From a virus (Duplodnaviria; Heunggongvirae; Uroviricota; Caudoviricetes), in the IMG/VR virus record IMGVR_UViG_2799112923_000001: a DNA stretch of 64,000 nucleotides. The stretch is one strand, 5' to 3'. Below the pieces are notes generated by a model. That model had not been told where the DNA came from and searched no databases. It saw only the letters and a list, made by a program, of their open reading frames with translations. The position numbers and the translations under genes were made by a program. Positions within the stretch are counted from its first letter, which is position 1; each line of letters starts with the position of its first letter. This document shows, piece by piece, positions 1-9,609 of the stretch.

Positions 1-20
1 ATCAAAGGAGATAACTAAAT

Positions 21-311
21 ATGAAGAAAATCATTCTACTCGCAGTATTCGCTATCGCTCTCACCATGACTGGTTGTAATGGTTGTACGATGATGGCAAA
101 GAACATTGAATCCAACTACTCCGAACTTCACCGAGATGTTGTGGTTCTCAATGCGTTCACTGGTGATACATTGTTTGCTTACAGTGGTCCTTGCTATTTC
201 AACACCCACGAACATTCAAACGATGTTTCAATTATCTACTCTGTAAATGGTCGCAAGTTGAAGGCAGACTTTGTTGGTGCGGGTTTCGTATTTAAGGCAG
301 TGGAAAAGTAA
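21..311 (+). CDS. putative lipoprotein (signal peptide + lipobox LTGC)
   Basis: ATG preceded by AAAGGAG SD; N-term MKKIILLAVFAIALTMTGC. Confidence 0.6.
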   Translation: MKKIILLAVFAIALTMTGCNGCTMMAKNIESNYSELHRDVVVLNAFTGDTLFAYSGPCYFNTHEHSNDVSIIYSVNGRKLKADFVGAGFVFKAVEK

Positions 312-443
312 ATGAATGAAAGAAACGATAAAGGTGGTTGTGGTTGTTTATTACTGCTAGTATTTTTCATACTGGCATGTAATGGAACGATTAGCCCCGG
401 AATCTTTGTCCTGCTTGTATTTCTCTATCTATTTTTTGGGTAA
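312..443 (+). CDS. small hydrophobic peptide (43 aa)
   Basis: ATG abuts stop of upstream gene (TAAATG); Cys/Leu-rich membrane-like sequence; below ORF-track cutoff. Confidence 0.3.
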   Translation: MNERNDKGGCGCLLLLVFFILACNGTISPGIFVLLVFLYLFFG

Positions 444-445
444 TT

Positions 446-1036
446 ATGAAATTTTATTTTATTAGACATTGGCGAACCAAATTTAATCTTACTGGAACAA
501 TGGTAAAGAATTACGATGATGCTGACATCATTGACGAATATCCGACCGATTGGGAAGAAAAGGTTGGTAAATTCATTCCGAACCGAGATTACATTCTCAC
601 ATCACCAGTAAAGAGATGTATTCAAACCTGTAATCTTCTGTTCAAGAAAGACCCAACAGCTACACTAAAAGATTTTGGTGAATTTGATTGTTCCGGTATT
701 GGTAAACGCAAATTTTGGGAAATGACAGAAAAGCAGTTTGAGAAGTATGTTCCACTTACTGCGAAAGATATGGAAAATCGTGCCCACGCAATTTTCCAGG
801 TATTGCCAAACTATCTTGAAATGGAAAAGATTACTGATTGTGTGGTAGTTTCTCATGGGATGCTCATTAGATACCTCTATCACTATCTAACTGGCAATAA
901 GGAAATCACCCCATTCAAGGTTATCAATTCCGAAGGATTTACATTCTCTAATTTGGATTTGATGGTTTACGATACCACTACAAAAGAAATTGAGGTACAC
1001 CGCTATGAAGAACCAATTAGCCATTTTGCAAAATAA
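446..1036 (+). CDS. histidine phosphatase (phosphoglycerate-mutase-like) family protein
   Basis: RHxxT..N motif (FIRHWRTKFN), SPVKRCIQT and VVSHGMLIR motifs typical of the HP superfamily. Confidence 0.6.
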   Translation: MKFYFIRHWRTKFNLTGTMVKNYDDADIIDEYPTDWEEKVGKFIPNRDYILTSPVKRCIQTCNLLFKKDPTATLKDFGEFDCSGIGKRKFWEMTEKQFEKYVPLTAKDMENRAHAIFQVLPNYLEMEKITDCVVVSHGMLIRYLYHYLTGNKEITPFKVINSEGFTFSNLDLMVYDTTTKEIEVHRYEEPISHFAK

Positions 1037-1259
1037 GCAAGATATGTTTAAGAACTTTATTAAAGATTTGGAAAAGAAATACAATTTATCTTGTGAAGAA
1101 ACTGGACTCGGTGACAGAAATTATTTTTACAATAATGTATTGATGTTCACAATTTATGATGATGGCGAAACTGGTGAAATCGTTGGTTATGACGAACCAA
1201 TATCAAGAACTGACGAATTCATTGAAAATCTAAAAATTGTGTTTTCCAATGTAAAATAA
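990..1259 (+). CDS. hypothetical protein
   Basis: ORF with GAGGT SD 8 nt upstream; overlaps end of previous gene in another frame; alternative start ATG 1044. Confidence 0.35.
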   Translation: MRYTAMKNQLAILQNKQDMFKNFIKDLEKKYNLSCEETGLGDRNYFYNNVLMFTIYDDGETGEIVGYDEPISRTDEFIENLKIVFSNVK

Positions 1260-1288
1260 ATTTTACAAGAAAATAGCACAAAAACCCA

Positions 1289-1317
1289 TTGACAAACAAA
1301 AAATAAAAAACTATAAT
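1289..1317 (+). promoter_or_regulatory. sigma70-like promoter CCATTGACAA-N17-TATAAT
   Basis: TTGACA 1289-1294, 17-nt spacer, TATAAT 1312-1317, upstream of HNH gene. Confidence 0.6.
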
Positions 1318-1323
1318 TGAACT

Positions 1324-1764
1324 ATGAACTATGTGAAACTATATAAGAACTTTGTTAAGAAATGTAAAAACGAGGACCGAAAGACCAATGACCCCCGGTT
1401 TACAGTTCACCACATTCTATGTAGAAGTATGGGTGGTTTAGACACAGAAGATAACAGAGTTCTAATGACACCAAAAGAACACTATATAGCACATAGAATT
1501 TTGGCACGAACATACAAAAAGAAACATCCTGAAATATGGTTTCTTTTGGATAAATTTTCTAATGGTATGAAAGGTCCTGATAGTCCGAAATACTCAAATT
1601 TCAATTTCTATTTGAACCAAATCGTATCATTCAAGAAAAATGGCAAACCCAATAACTTTGATGTTTATGTTAAGGTCTTTAAAGACGAACTGCATCATTT
1701 AATGGATTTACCCATTGACAAAACAATGCTTGTAAACAAACTAACTAACTTTATAACAAAATAA
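1324..1764 (+). CDS. HNH homing endonuclease
   Basis: HNH motif FTVHHILCRSMGGLDTEDN...LMTPKEHYIAHRI. Confidence 0.75.
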   Translation: MNYVKLYKNFVKKCKNEDRKTNDPRFTVHHILCRSMGGLDTEDNRVLMTPKEHYIAHRILARTYKKKHPEIWFLLDKFSNGMKGPDSPKYSNFNFYLNQIVSFKKNGKPNNFDVYVKVFKDELHHLMDLPIDKTMLVNKLTNFITK

Positions 1765-1794
1765 CACACTCAACCAAAAAGGAAAAATAAAACT

Positions 1795-3069
1795 ATGAGT
1801 ACAAAAGCAAAGGTAACTCTCATTCTCGCGGCAATTATTCTTATTGCTTCCGCATTCTTCGCAACGTCTATCGTTGGTTATAACGATGAAACGCAGCTTC
1901 TCGTAAAGCAGTCACCAACTGGTTCAATGAGTTGTATTGACCACTCTGGTTTCTACTTCAAGGGTTTCGCAAAGATTTATTCTTATGACCGCACGAAGGA
2001 CTTCTATTTCAACTCTTCCACTGAAAAGGTTAAGGGAGAAGGTTGGGAAGGAGATGATAGTGATGAAGATGATATTTCCGTAACGCTATCACGAAATGCT
2101 AACGCAGCTATCTCCGGTTATCTCAAGTATCAGCTCCCAACAGATTGCGAGGATTTGATTAAGATTCATCGTGAACAGAGATCTGATAAGAAGGTCAAAC
2201 ATGAACTTGTACGAAATTCTGTTCTCTCCGCAGTACGAAAGACGGCTCCATTGTTTACGGCTGAAGAGGCGAAGGTAACGAAGATTGCTGAGTTCCGCCG
2301 TCTCGCTGAAGATATGCTTACTGATGGTGAATACGCAACAACCATTGAGGTTCTCAAAGAAAAGGCTGGTGAAGATGAAGTTGACGCAGCTGGTAAGATT
2401 ATCAAGAGGGCAGAAGTTCAAGAATATCGTGTAACCAAGCTCAAATTGGATAAGGACGGAAATCGTGTAATGACGAAGAAGTCCGCACTCAATCGTTATG
2501 GCATTAAGGTTCTCCAGTTTGATATTCAAAATGTGAAGCTTGATGAAAAGGCACAAAAGCAGTTGGATATTGTTAAAGAACGAGAAATGCAGCGTGTAGC
2601 AAACGCAACTGCTGCTGAAACTGCAAAGCAGAAGGCTCTTACGGCTGAAGCTGAGGGTAAAGCAAAAATCGCTGAAGCAAAGGCTGCCCAGGAAGTAATC
2701 AAGATTGCCGAAGTAACCCAGGCTGAAAAGGAACGTGATGTCGCAATTCTTAACGCAGAACGAGAAAAGGAAGTTGCTCGCCTAAATGCTCTCAAGGCTC
2801 TTGAAGATGCAAAGAGAATTAGAGCTGAGGGTGAGGCAGAAGCAGCCGCCAACCGAGCAAAGGTTATCGCTGGTTTGACCCCACAGGAACGAGCTGAATG
2901 GGAGTATAAGACGAAGGTGGGTGTTGCTGAAGCATTGGCAAAGTCCACTCACCCACTCGTGCCTGAAATCATGATGGCTGGTGACTCTAAGGGTGGTGCT
3001 GGTAATGCTATGGATGCCGTTGGTCTTAACATGCTAATGGATTTGACTAGCAAACTTGCCAATAAGTAA
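1795..3069 (+). CDS. SPFH/band-7 (flotillin/HflK-like) membrane protein
   Basis: N-terminal TM helix, band-7 core, long Ala/Glu/Lys coiled-coil tail (AEAEGKAKIAEAKAAQE...) typical of flotillin family; AGGAAAAATAAAACTATG start. Confidence 0.6.
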   Translation: MSTKAKVTLILAAIILIASAFFATSIVGYNDETQLLVKQSPTGSMSCIDHSGFYFKGFAKIYSYDRTKDFYFNSSTEKVKGEGWEGDDSDEDDISVTLSRNANAAISGYLKYQLPTDCEDLIKIHREQRSDKKVKHELVRNSVLSAVRKTAPLFTAEEAKVTKIAEFRRLAEDMLTDGEYATTIEVLKEKAGEDEVDAAGKIIKRAEVQEYRVTKLKLDKDGNRVMTKKSALNRYGIKVLQFDIQNVKLDEKAQKQLDIVKEREMQRVANATAAETAKQKALTAEAEGKAKIAEAKAAQEVIKIAEVTQAEKERDVAILNAEREKEVARLNALKALEDAKRIRAEGEAEAAANRAKVIAGLTPQERAEWEYKTKVGVAEALAKSTHPLVPEIMMAGDSKGGAGNAMDAVGLNMLMDLTSKLANK

Positions 3070-3082
3070 TTAAAACCACTTG

Positions 3083-3123
3083 AGCCCGAACAATGTTGCG
3101 AAATGTTGTTTGGGCTTTTTTCT
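3083..3123 (+). terminator. rho-independent terminator
   Basis: stem agcccgaacaa/ttgtttgggct followed by T-run. Confidence 0.6.
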
Positions 3124-3139
3124 TTAAAACAAAGGAATT

Positions 3140-3454
3140 ATGGATATGAAACTTAGTTTACTCTTAATTATTGTAGCATTTGTTTTGTTTGCTTTTGCAG
3201 ATCCATTGGGCTATCAAGTTAATTCACCAATTAAGCCAGTTCCAAAAGAACCATCTGTATTTAAAGAAAAACCACTTGTGCTTACTGATGAACCAGTTAT
3301 CGCACCAACACCAAAACCAATTCAACACGAAGAACCAGTTAAAGAAATCACCAATGATTTTGATGAATGTGTGGAAGAATGTAAGGCAAACAATGTTTCA
3401 AATTCTATAATTGAATTTTGTATTAGAGAAAACTGTGGGAGGATAGAAAAATGA
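3140..3454 (+). CDS. secreted small protein, C-terminal Cys4 domain (C-x3-C-x12-C-x4-C) family member 1
   Basis: signal peptide MDMKLSLLLIIVAFVLFAFA; C-term DECVEECK...IEFCIRENC; paralogous to 4109, 4481, 5286, 5605. Confidence 0.55.
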   Translation: MDMKLSLLLIIVAFVLFAFADPLGYQVNSPIKPVPKEPSVFKEKPLVLTDEPVIAPTPKPIQHEEPVKEITNDFDECVEECKANNVSNSIIEFCIRENCGRIEK

Positions 3455-3918
3455 TTGAAGCACTAAAAGATTGGAAAGTAATTACACTAATGATTTTTAT
3501 ATTTTGCGGTTTCGCAGTTTCATATTATGGAATGAATGATGTGGGTGCTAGAATCGTTAAAAATCAAAATGAACTTTATAAGGCCCAAAATGTTGTAAAG
3601 CCAGCAGAAAAAGAAATCGAAAAAGAAATCGTAAAAGAAATTGTTCACGATACAGTTTATATTAAGACCGATGGTTTTAGTTTTAATTCTACAGGAATGA
3701 CTGTTGTAGAAGATAATAAAAGAAAACCATTTATGATTACATTAGGTTTTTACGATTTTAAAGCTGCGTATGAAATTGAAGGAATAAAGAGTTATAAGAT
3801 TTTGTGTGATGGCTCATTATATGATAGTGAATTAGATGGTGGTATCTCAGTTAAAGATTGTAATGGAAATTGGATATTCATCGTAAAGGGAAATAGGACT
3901 TTTAGTGGCGACAATTAA
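3451..3918 (+). CDS. membrane-anchored hypothetical protein
   Basis: N-terminal TM; shares HDTVYI motif with pilin-like protein at 4481. Confidence 0.5.
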   Translation: MIEALKDWKVITLMIFIFCGFAVSYYGMNDVGARIVKNQNELYKAQNVVKPAEKEIEKEIVKEIVHDTVYIKTDGFSFNSTGMTVVEDNKRKPFMITLGFYDFKAAYEIEGIKSYKILCDGSLYDSELDGGISVKDCNGNWIFIVKGNRTFSGDN

Positions 3919-3961
3919 AAAAGAAGAAGGTTTCAAACTCGGTCAACCAAAACCTTCTACA

Positions 3962-4111
3962 ATGAATAACAGACTATATGACTACGATGTTATTAAAAAA
4001 TTATTACAAAATCAGGCCGATTTGAATGAAGGGAAAACTCAAACAAAACAACCACAAAAACAACATTGGAGATTAAATCCCAAGAAAGAAAGGAGAGTAA
4101 AGAAAAAATGA
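3962..4111 (+). CDS. hypothetical small basic protein (uncertain)
   Basis: ORF between genes, no clear SD; overlaps start of next gene. Confidence 0.2.
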   Translation: MNNRLYDYDVIKKLLQNQADLNEGKTQTKQPQKQHWRLNPKKERRVKKK

Positions 4112-4479
4112 AGAAACTGGTATTATTCATTCTGTTATGTGGTGTTGCTTATGCTGCCACATTTAGTGAACTGGAGCGGCGGGTTTTTGAACTAGAACAA
4201 CAGGTCGCAAAACTCACAATCAAAGTACTTGACCAGGAAATGGCTAAGGAGAGCCCGATTTTAAATGCGACTATTGACACCAATAACTATGTAACTGGGC
4301 TCCCTAGTGACAGTACTGACGAAAGTGACGAAGATGACGAATACATTGAGATTGACGAAGAAACTTACAATTTGTTAATGAAGAAATGTATTGATAAATG
4401 TACAGAAGAATATAACAAATCCTGGAATCCTAGTGTGGAAGCAACTCACCAGTGTATGGATGATTGTATGAGGTTCTAA
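4109..4479 (+). CDS. secreted small protein, Cys4 C-terminal domain family member 2
   Basis: AGGAG SD before ATG 4109; signal peptide MKKLVLFILLCGVAYAA; C-term CIDKC...HQCMDDC; acidic Ser/Asp/Glu stretch. Confidence 0.55.
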
Positions 4480-4480
4480 T

Positions 4481-4894
4481 ATGAAAAAAGGTTTTACTTT
4501 AATTGAACTAATGGTAGTTATCGTTATTATGGGCATTTTAGCAGCCGTAGCAGTTCCAAAACTATTTTCATTGAAATGTATGAGTGATTTGGGTAAATGC
4601 GAAGTTAATGACCCGGAAACTTACAATAGAGTATGTTTGGGTGATAGAACTCACTGGTCTTATGAACATGCTAAAGCCTGTGATGACCATTTTAATAAGA
4701 AACATCCAAAGAAGAAAGAAACACCAGTAGTAACTGAAACTAAAGTGGACACAGTTTATATTGTGAAACACGATACAGTTTACATTGGTAATGGAATACA
4801 AACAATGGATGATTGTATTAAACAGTGTAAAGAAAAACATAATGCTGAAAGTTTAATCAAATTCTGTATCAAAGAACAATGTTTAAAGGACTAG
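4481..4894 (+). CDS. prepilin-type (type IV pilin/pseudopilin) N-terminal domain protein with Cys4 C-terminal domain
   Basis: class III signal MKKGFTLIELMVVIVIMGILAAVAVP; C-term DDCIKQCKEK...IKFCIKEQC matching family at 3140. Confidence 0.65.
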   Translation: MKKGFTLIELMVVIVIMGILAAVAVPKLFSLKCMSDLGKCEVNDPETYNRVCLGDRTHWSYEHAKACDDHFNKKHPKKKETPVVTETKVDTVYIVKHDTVYIGNGIQTMDDCIKQCKEKHNAESLIKFCIKEQCLKD

Positions 4895-4898
4895 AACT

Positions 4899-5276
4899 AT
4901 GAAAACTACAATTCAAAAATTTTCTGTTGATAAAAATGGAAACAAATTAAAAGCACTGGGAACTTGTAATCACATTCGTAGTGAAAGTTTCTATTCCAAT
5001 GGTCAGTTAACAGTTGAAGTTGATGGCAATTCAAACGGTCGTAATTATATGACTACTATGACGTTGAAATCCAGTGATACTGAAACTGTTCAAAATTCCA
5101 AATTCAACAATATGCCAGGTTGGTGTAAATCCCAGTTATCCGGTTTTGGTCTCGGGTTTCTTATGAGTCAACCAGCAAAGAAACGCAAATATGGCATTGA
5201 GATTGATGGTAAGTATTTCTTTGTAATTCAAACTGATGCTGATTTACAAAATTTGGGAACATTCATTAACATTTAG
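4899..5276 (+). CDS. hypothetical protein
   Basis: 125-aa ORF directly after stop of previous gene. Confidence 0.45.
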   Translation: MKTTIQKFSVDKNGNKLKALGTCNHIRSESFYSNGQLTVEVDGNSNGRNYMTTMTLKSSDTETVQNSKFNNMPGWCKSQLSGFGLGFLMSQPAKKRKYGIEIDGKYFFVIQTDADLQNLGTFINI

Positions 5277-5285
5277 AGAGGTGTT

Positions 5286-5612
5286 ATGACAAAATACATT
5301 ATTCTTCTATCCGCAGTAATGGCATTTGCTTGTAACTATGAATGTGAAGAACGCAAAATTGCGGCTCTTGAACGGATTGCGTCAGCATTAGAAAAACTAA
5401 ACAACAATTCGTATCATCCTAATGTTGTTGTGAATAGTTATAAAGCACCTGAGCCAACTATCAAGAAAACATACGATACAAAGATTAACGGCAGGTCTTT
5501 AAAAGCAGTTCCAACTGTTGATACAGAATGTATAGATGAATGTATGATGGAACTGTTGCCTTCAAGACGAGATGATTGTATTGAAACCAAGTGTGGAGGT
5601 GGAAATGACTAA
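5286..5612 (+). CDS. secreted small protein, Cys4 family member 4
   Basis: signal peptide MTKYIILLSAVMAFA; N-term CNYEC and C-term ECIDEC...DDCIETKC. Confidence 0.55.
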   Translation: MTKYIILLSAVMAFACNYECEERKIAALERIASALEKLNNNSYHPNVVVNSYKAPEPTIKKTYDTKINGRSLKAVPTVDTECIDECMMELLPSRRDDCIETKCGGGND

Positions 5613-5979
5613 ATACATAATTTTGTTAGTATTCTTCGGTTCTGTATTTGCTAATGCTTGTGATTACGATTGTAAAGCACAATTAAGACGAATCGCAGAT
5701 GCTCTTGAAATTATTGCTGGTAATATGGGAAACAAACCAACACCAAAAGCACCTGAACCAAAGAAAACAACAACTGAAGCAACAGTTGTAGCAGATAATT
5801 GGGGTAAGAATTTAAACCATTTAAATTTTGAACCACGAAATGACGAACCAACTGAGTTTGTATTTGATGATTTTGAAGTAGAAGATTCTTGTGAAGATAA
5901 ATGTAAGAAAAAGAATTATAGTGATTATACAAGAAATATGTGTATAAAGAATAATTGTAAGGAAGATGATGACTTTTGA
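5605..5979 (+). CDS. secreted small protein, Cys4 family member 5 (tandem paralog of 5286)
   Basis: GGAGGTGG SD before ATG 5605; MTKYIILLVFFGSVFA; CDYDC and C-term SCEDKC...MCIKNNC. Confidence 0.55.
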   Translation: MTKYIILLVFFGSVFANACDYDCKAQLRRIADALEIIAGNMGNKPTPKAPEPKKTTTEATVVADNWGKNLNHLNFEPRNDEPTEFVFDDFEVEDSCEDKCKKKNYSDYTRNMCIKNNCKEDDDF

Positions 5980-6304
5980 AGAATACGAACAAGCCTGTAA
6001 AGAATGTGGGCTAACAGTAATGGAATCTGATGTTTGGGGCCGTAGTCATTATGATTATGGTTATACTTACGAAGGATATAAGATTATATCCATACGAACA
6101 CCAGGTGGTAAATCATTTAGCAGTTATAATGTGGTAAAGAATACCCCAGTTATGGCATTTTTGCCATTATTTGATGACCCACTAAAACAGACCTGTATGA
6201 TTGCTGGTGATGTTCTTAAAAACAGAATATACTGGTCAATGAAATTTGTAAAGAATTTTAAAGTTCAGGAAAAAATAAAAGAATTAGATGATGATTTTAA
6301 TTAG
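5966..6304 (+). CDS. hypothetical protein
   Basis: 112-aa ORF ending LDDDFN. Confidence 0.45.
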   Translation: MMTFEEYEQACKECGLTVMESDVWGRSHYDYGYTYEGYKIISIRTPGGKSFSSYNVVKNTPVMAFLPLFDDPLKQTCMIAGDVLKNRIYWSMKFVKNFKVQEKIKELDDDFN

Positions 6305-6351
6305 TTGACAAATCGTCAGTAAATAACTATATTAAAAGAAAAGGAAACACT

Positions 6352-6603
6352 ATGAAGAAAATACTATTAACTCTAATTCTTATGATTCTAGTCGGTTGTT
6401 TTGACGGTCCAAATAAGACCCGAAATGGCGACCGTTATTACAACATCAAAATCTGTGCTATTGGTGGTGATGCCGATACTTGTGTAAATTACAAAGCAAA
6501 AGACTTTAATCCTAGTGGAAACGATTTAATGTTTACAACTCTTGATGACCATGTGTACAGATATAATCATGCTGGTTGGGCTTGGGCAATAGAATTACGA
6601 TAA
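6352..6603 (+). CDS. putative lipoprotein
   Basis: AAAGGAAACACTATG; signal MKKILLTLILMILVGC (lipobox). Confidence 0.5.
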   Translation: MKKILLTLILMILVGCFDGPNKTRNGDRYYNIKICAIGGDADTCVNYKAKDFNPSGNDLMFTTLDDHVYRYNHAGWAWAIELR

Positions 6604-6613
6604 AGGAAAAACT

Positions 6614-7351
6614 ATGAAAACTATTAGACGCGGTGTATTTGAAACAAATTCTAGCACTACACATTGTGCTTCATTCTCAAAAGATTATTCTTCTATTTCT
6701 CAGATCCCATTGAGAGATAAAAAGACATTCCCAACATTCAATGAAAATGGCGAACTAGAAGTTGAAATGAACATTTATTGGGATATGGAAGTCTGTAATG
6801 GTGATATAGATTTGGATTCAGTTGATACCATTATTAAGTATCTCGCAGCTCACGCAGTATTTTCTAGTGAAGAAACTAAGTATGGTAGAAAGAACCACGA
6901 AGTCAAATGTAATTTTGACAAAAACCATACTGACTTTTTGAATGATTTGATTGCAGCATATAAGAAGATTGGATTAACACCACCAAAGGATGTTAAGTAT
7001 TATTTTCTTGATGTGAACGATAACAAGATTTACATTACAAAAGATAATTTACACCATTGGATTTATGCCGAAGGTGTTGACCCTTGGTATGACAGTCACT
7101 CAGATTGGGTAAAGTATGAAAAGAATATGAAAAAGAGATACCCAAATGAAACTTTGCCTTATGCTAAAATTTATTTTGGAATGTGTGGTAATGATTTGCT
7201 ATCACATAGTTATGAACAGGCTACTGATTATTACGAAAACTATGTGAATGTTTATAATTGGGATGAAAACACAGAAGAAAGTGAAGAAACTGGTATTACT
7301 ACAATAGATATGTTGACCAGAGAAATCTCATTGAATTTCTACCACACCTAA
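6614..7351 (+). CDS. hypothetical protein
   Basis: 245-aa ORF with AAAGGAAAAACTATG SD. Confidence 0.5.
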   Translation: MKTIRRGVFETNSSTTHCASFSKDYSSISQIPLRDKKTFPTFNENGELEVEMNIYWDMEVCNGDIDLDSVDTIIKYLAAHAVFSSEETKYGRKNHEVKCNFDKNHTDFLNDLIAAYKKIGLTPPKDVKYYFLDVNDNKIYITKDNLHHWIYAEGVDPWYDSHSDWVKYEKNMKKRYPNETLPYAKIYFGMCGNDLLSHSYEQATDYYENYVNVYNWDENTEESEETGITTIDMLTREISLNFYHT

Positions 7352-7360
7352 GGAGAAATT

Positions 7361-7810
7361 ATGGATAATAGAATTATAAAAGACATGCCTGAAATTTATG
7401 AAAAAGCAAAACCATACATTGATTATTTGGAATCATTGGGTTTTAAAACCAAGCATAATATGATGTATTTCAGTGCTGGTAATGAAGATAACTACGAATA
7501 CTTCAATGGATGGATGTATCCTGGTATAAAAGAAGATGATTTGGTTGTTGACCTTGTTAGTTTTACAGGTGAACTAAAACTTGAAATTTACAAGTTTAGA
7601 ATTATAAAAACACCAAAGAATTATTATGTTCGTGAAGGTGATAAAAATTATCCATTCATAATGATAAATGCTAGAAAAGATGATGCTTGGGAATCAAAGA
7701 TTGTAGATAATCTAAAAGATTTCAAGAAAGAAGTTGGTAATTATCTTAAAACATTGAAAACTTATAAAGAAAAGGTGAAACATTATGAACTGGAAAAAGA
7801 TTTTACCTAG
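7361..7810 (+). CDS. hypothetical protein
   Basis: AAGGAGAAATTATG SD; ends ELEKDFT. Confidence 0.5.
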   Translation: MDNRIIKDMPEIYEKAKPYIDYLESLGFKTKHNMMYFSAGNEDNYEYFNGWMYPGIKEDDLVVDLVSFTGELKLEIYKFRIIKTPKNYYVREGDKNYPFIMINARKDDAWESKIVDNLKDFKKEVGNYLKTLKTYKEKVKHYELEKDFT

Positions 7811-8759
7811 TCCAAACCCCTGGTATGAATACCGGAATGGTAATCACATTGTAAAGTTGTATAGTGATGGAACAAAAGTAAAAGAAACCATTGACCCAAA
7901 CGATGACCATTTTACTTATGAATTTCCTGAATCATTTGATTTAAAGATTACTGACTATTGTGATGCCGGTTGTGCTTATTGCCACGAAAATTCTACCACA
8001 AAGGGTAAACACGCCGATTTGAATAAACTATTACCAATGCTTGACACTATTAAGCCAGGTGTTGAAATTGCTATCGGTGGTGGTGATGCTACTTCTCACC
8101 CACAGATAAATTGGTTTATTTGTGAATGTAGAAAACGCGGTATTGTTCCTAACATTACAGTTAATCAAAAGCATTTAAAGAAATCTTTTGAATTTTTGAA
8201 TGCCTGTATGGTTAATAACTATATCGGTGGTATTGGTATATCATTAACTGACTCTACAAAGAGCGAAGATTTTACAAGAATTGCTAGATTGGGTCAGCAT
8301 GTAGTAATCCACACGATTGCTGGTATTTTAAAGCCCGAAGATTATAAGAGATTGTATGGGAAAAAGGTTCTTATTCTCGGATATAAGAATATCCGCAGAG
8401 GAAATGATAATTTAACCAAACACTCTGATGAAATCAAAGCAAACATTGAACAATTAAGAAAAGATTTACCAATGCTTGAAAAGAAATGTAAACTTCTTTC
8501 TTTTGATTGCCTTGGTATGGAACAATTACATCCAAAAGAAACATTGGGTATGCCAGATGATAAATTCAAATTGATTTATCAGGGTCATGACTACGATATG
8601 TTTGATAAGGACGGAAATATAACAGTATCTACAATGTTTGTGGATGCAGTTCAAATGAAAGTATCTAGGTCTTCTACAAGTGCTATGGATAAAAGATATT
8701 CATTCACAGGAAACGAAGATGTTAGAGAATTATTAGCCAAATCTTGTGAAGGTTATTAA
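7785..8759 (+). CDS. radical SAM protein (NrdG/QueE-like activase family)
   Basis: CxxxCxxC cluster ITDYCDAGCAYCHENSTT resembling the anaerobic RNR activase motif; AAGGTGA SD. Confidence 0.6.
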   Translation: MNWKKILPSPNPWYEYRNGNHIVKLYSDGTKVKETIDPNDDHFTYEFPESFDLKITDYCDAGCAYCHENSTTKGKHADLNKLLPMLDTIKPGVEIAIGGGDATSHPQINWFICECRKRGIVPNITVNQKHLKKSFEFLNACMVNNYIGGIGISLTDSTKSEDFTRIARLGQHVVIHTIAGILKPEDYKRLYGKKVLILGYKNIRRGNDNLTKHSDEIKANIEQLRKDLPMLEKKCKLLSFDCLGMEQLHPKETLGMPDDKFKLIYQGHDYDMFDKDGNITVSTMFVDAVQMKVSRSSTSAMDKRYSFTGNEDVRELLAKSCEGY

Positions 8760-9124
8760 TGTTTGAAGGTGATGTAACTGAATATTTCACACAAATTGAA
8801 TCAAACATATACAAATGCTTTGATTGGAGAAAAGACAGTAAAGAAGCATGTGAAATGTTCTGTACAATGTTTAACAGAATTAGAAACCTTTACAAGGTTG
8901 GTGAATTTGATATTTTAATGCGTTTATTTGACTGTTATGACCCGTTTATGAGTTGGGAAGATGGTGTTATTTGGAGATTACTGAAACTTATTAGATATGC
9001 TCCTTGGAATCAATACTATTATGCCAATATGAGTGATGAAGATTTAAGAAATTTGTGCGACAAACAACTTAAATTGTTCAAAAACGAATTAGCAGTTAAA
9101 CTTCTTGAAGGAGATTTTAAATGA
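8759..9124 (+). CDS. hypothetical protein (tandem paralog A)
   Basis: shares YAPWNQYYYANMSDEDL block with next gene. Confidence 0.5.
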   Translation: MFEGDVTEYFTQIESNIYKCFDWRKDSKEACEMFCTMFNRIRNLYKVGEFDILMRLFDCYDPFMSWEDGVIWRLLKLIRYAPWNQYYYANMSDEDLRNLCDKQLKLFKNELAVKLLEGDFK

Positions 9125-9537
9125 GTTTTCCGAGAGGTAAAAATAAGGGTATAATGGTTATGTTATCCGCATTTGAATTTGTTGCTGCTATTAAAAAACA
9201 AGATGAATTAAAGTGGATATTGCAGTTTGACGAAGAATCTAATGAAATGAAAGATTTCTTAAAATTAAATAAAAGAATCCGAAAACTGTATGTTGATAAC
9301 ATTTCAATGGATAAAGCAGTTGAGTTATTCCCAACTTATGAATTTAATACAGCATTTCCTTGGGGTTATTGTAATGAGATTGCTTATATAATAATGGCTC
9401 AATTAAAATATAAACCTTGGAATCAGTATTACTATTCACACATGAATAACGAGCGATTAACCCAAATGATTGACTGGGCATACAAAGAATACAGAAAAAG
9501 AGCTTTGGAAGAATCAATTACTCAGGATTTTGAGTGA
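9121..9537 (+). CDS. hypothetical protein (tandem paralog B)
   Basis: YKPWNQYYYSHMNNERL block; ends ITQDFE. Confidence 0.5.
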   Translation: MSFPRGKNKGIMVMLSAFEFVAAIKKQDELKWILQFDEESNEMKDFLKLNKRIRKLYVDNISMDKAVELFPTYEFNTAFPWGYCNEIAYIIMAQLKYKPWNQYYYSHMNNERLTQMIDWAYKEYRKRALEESITQDFE

Positions 9538-9558
9538 AATAATTTGTAGCGAAACCCA

Positions 9559-9586
9559 TTGACAATAGAATTGTAAAAACTATATT
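9559..9586 (+). promoter_or_regulatory. sigma70-like promoter CCATTGACAA-N16-TATATT
   Basis: TTGACA 9559-9564, TATATT 9581-9586. Confidence 0.55.
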
Positions 9587-9609
9587 TTAACAAAACAAAA
9601 GAGGATATT

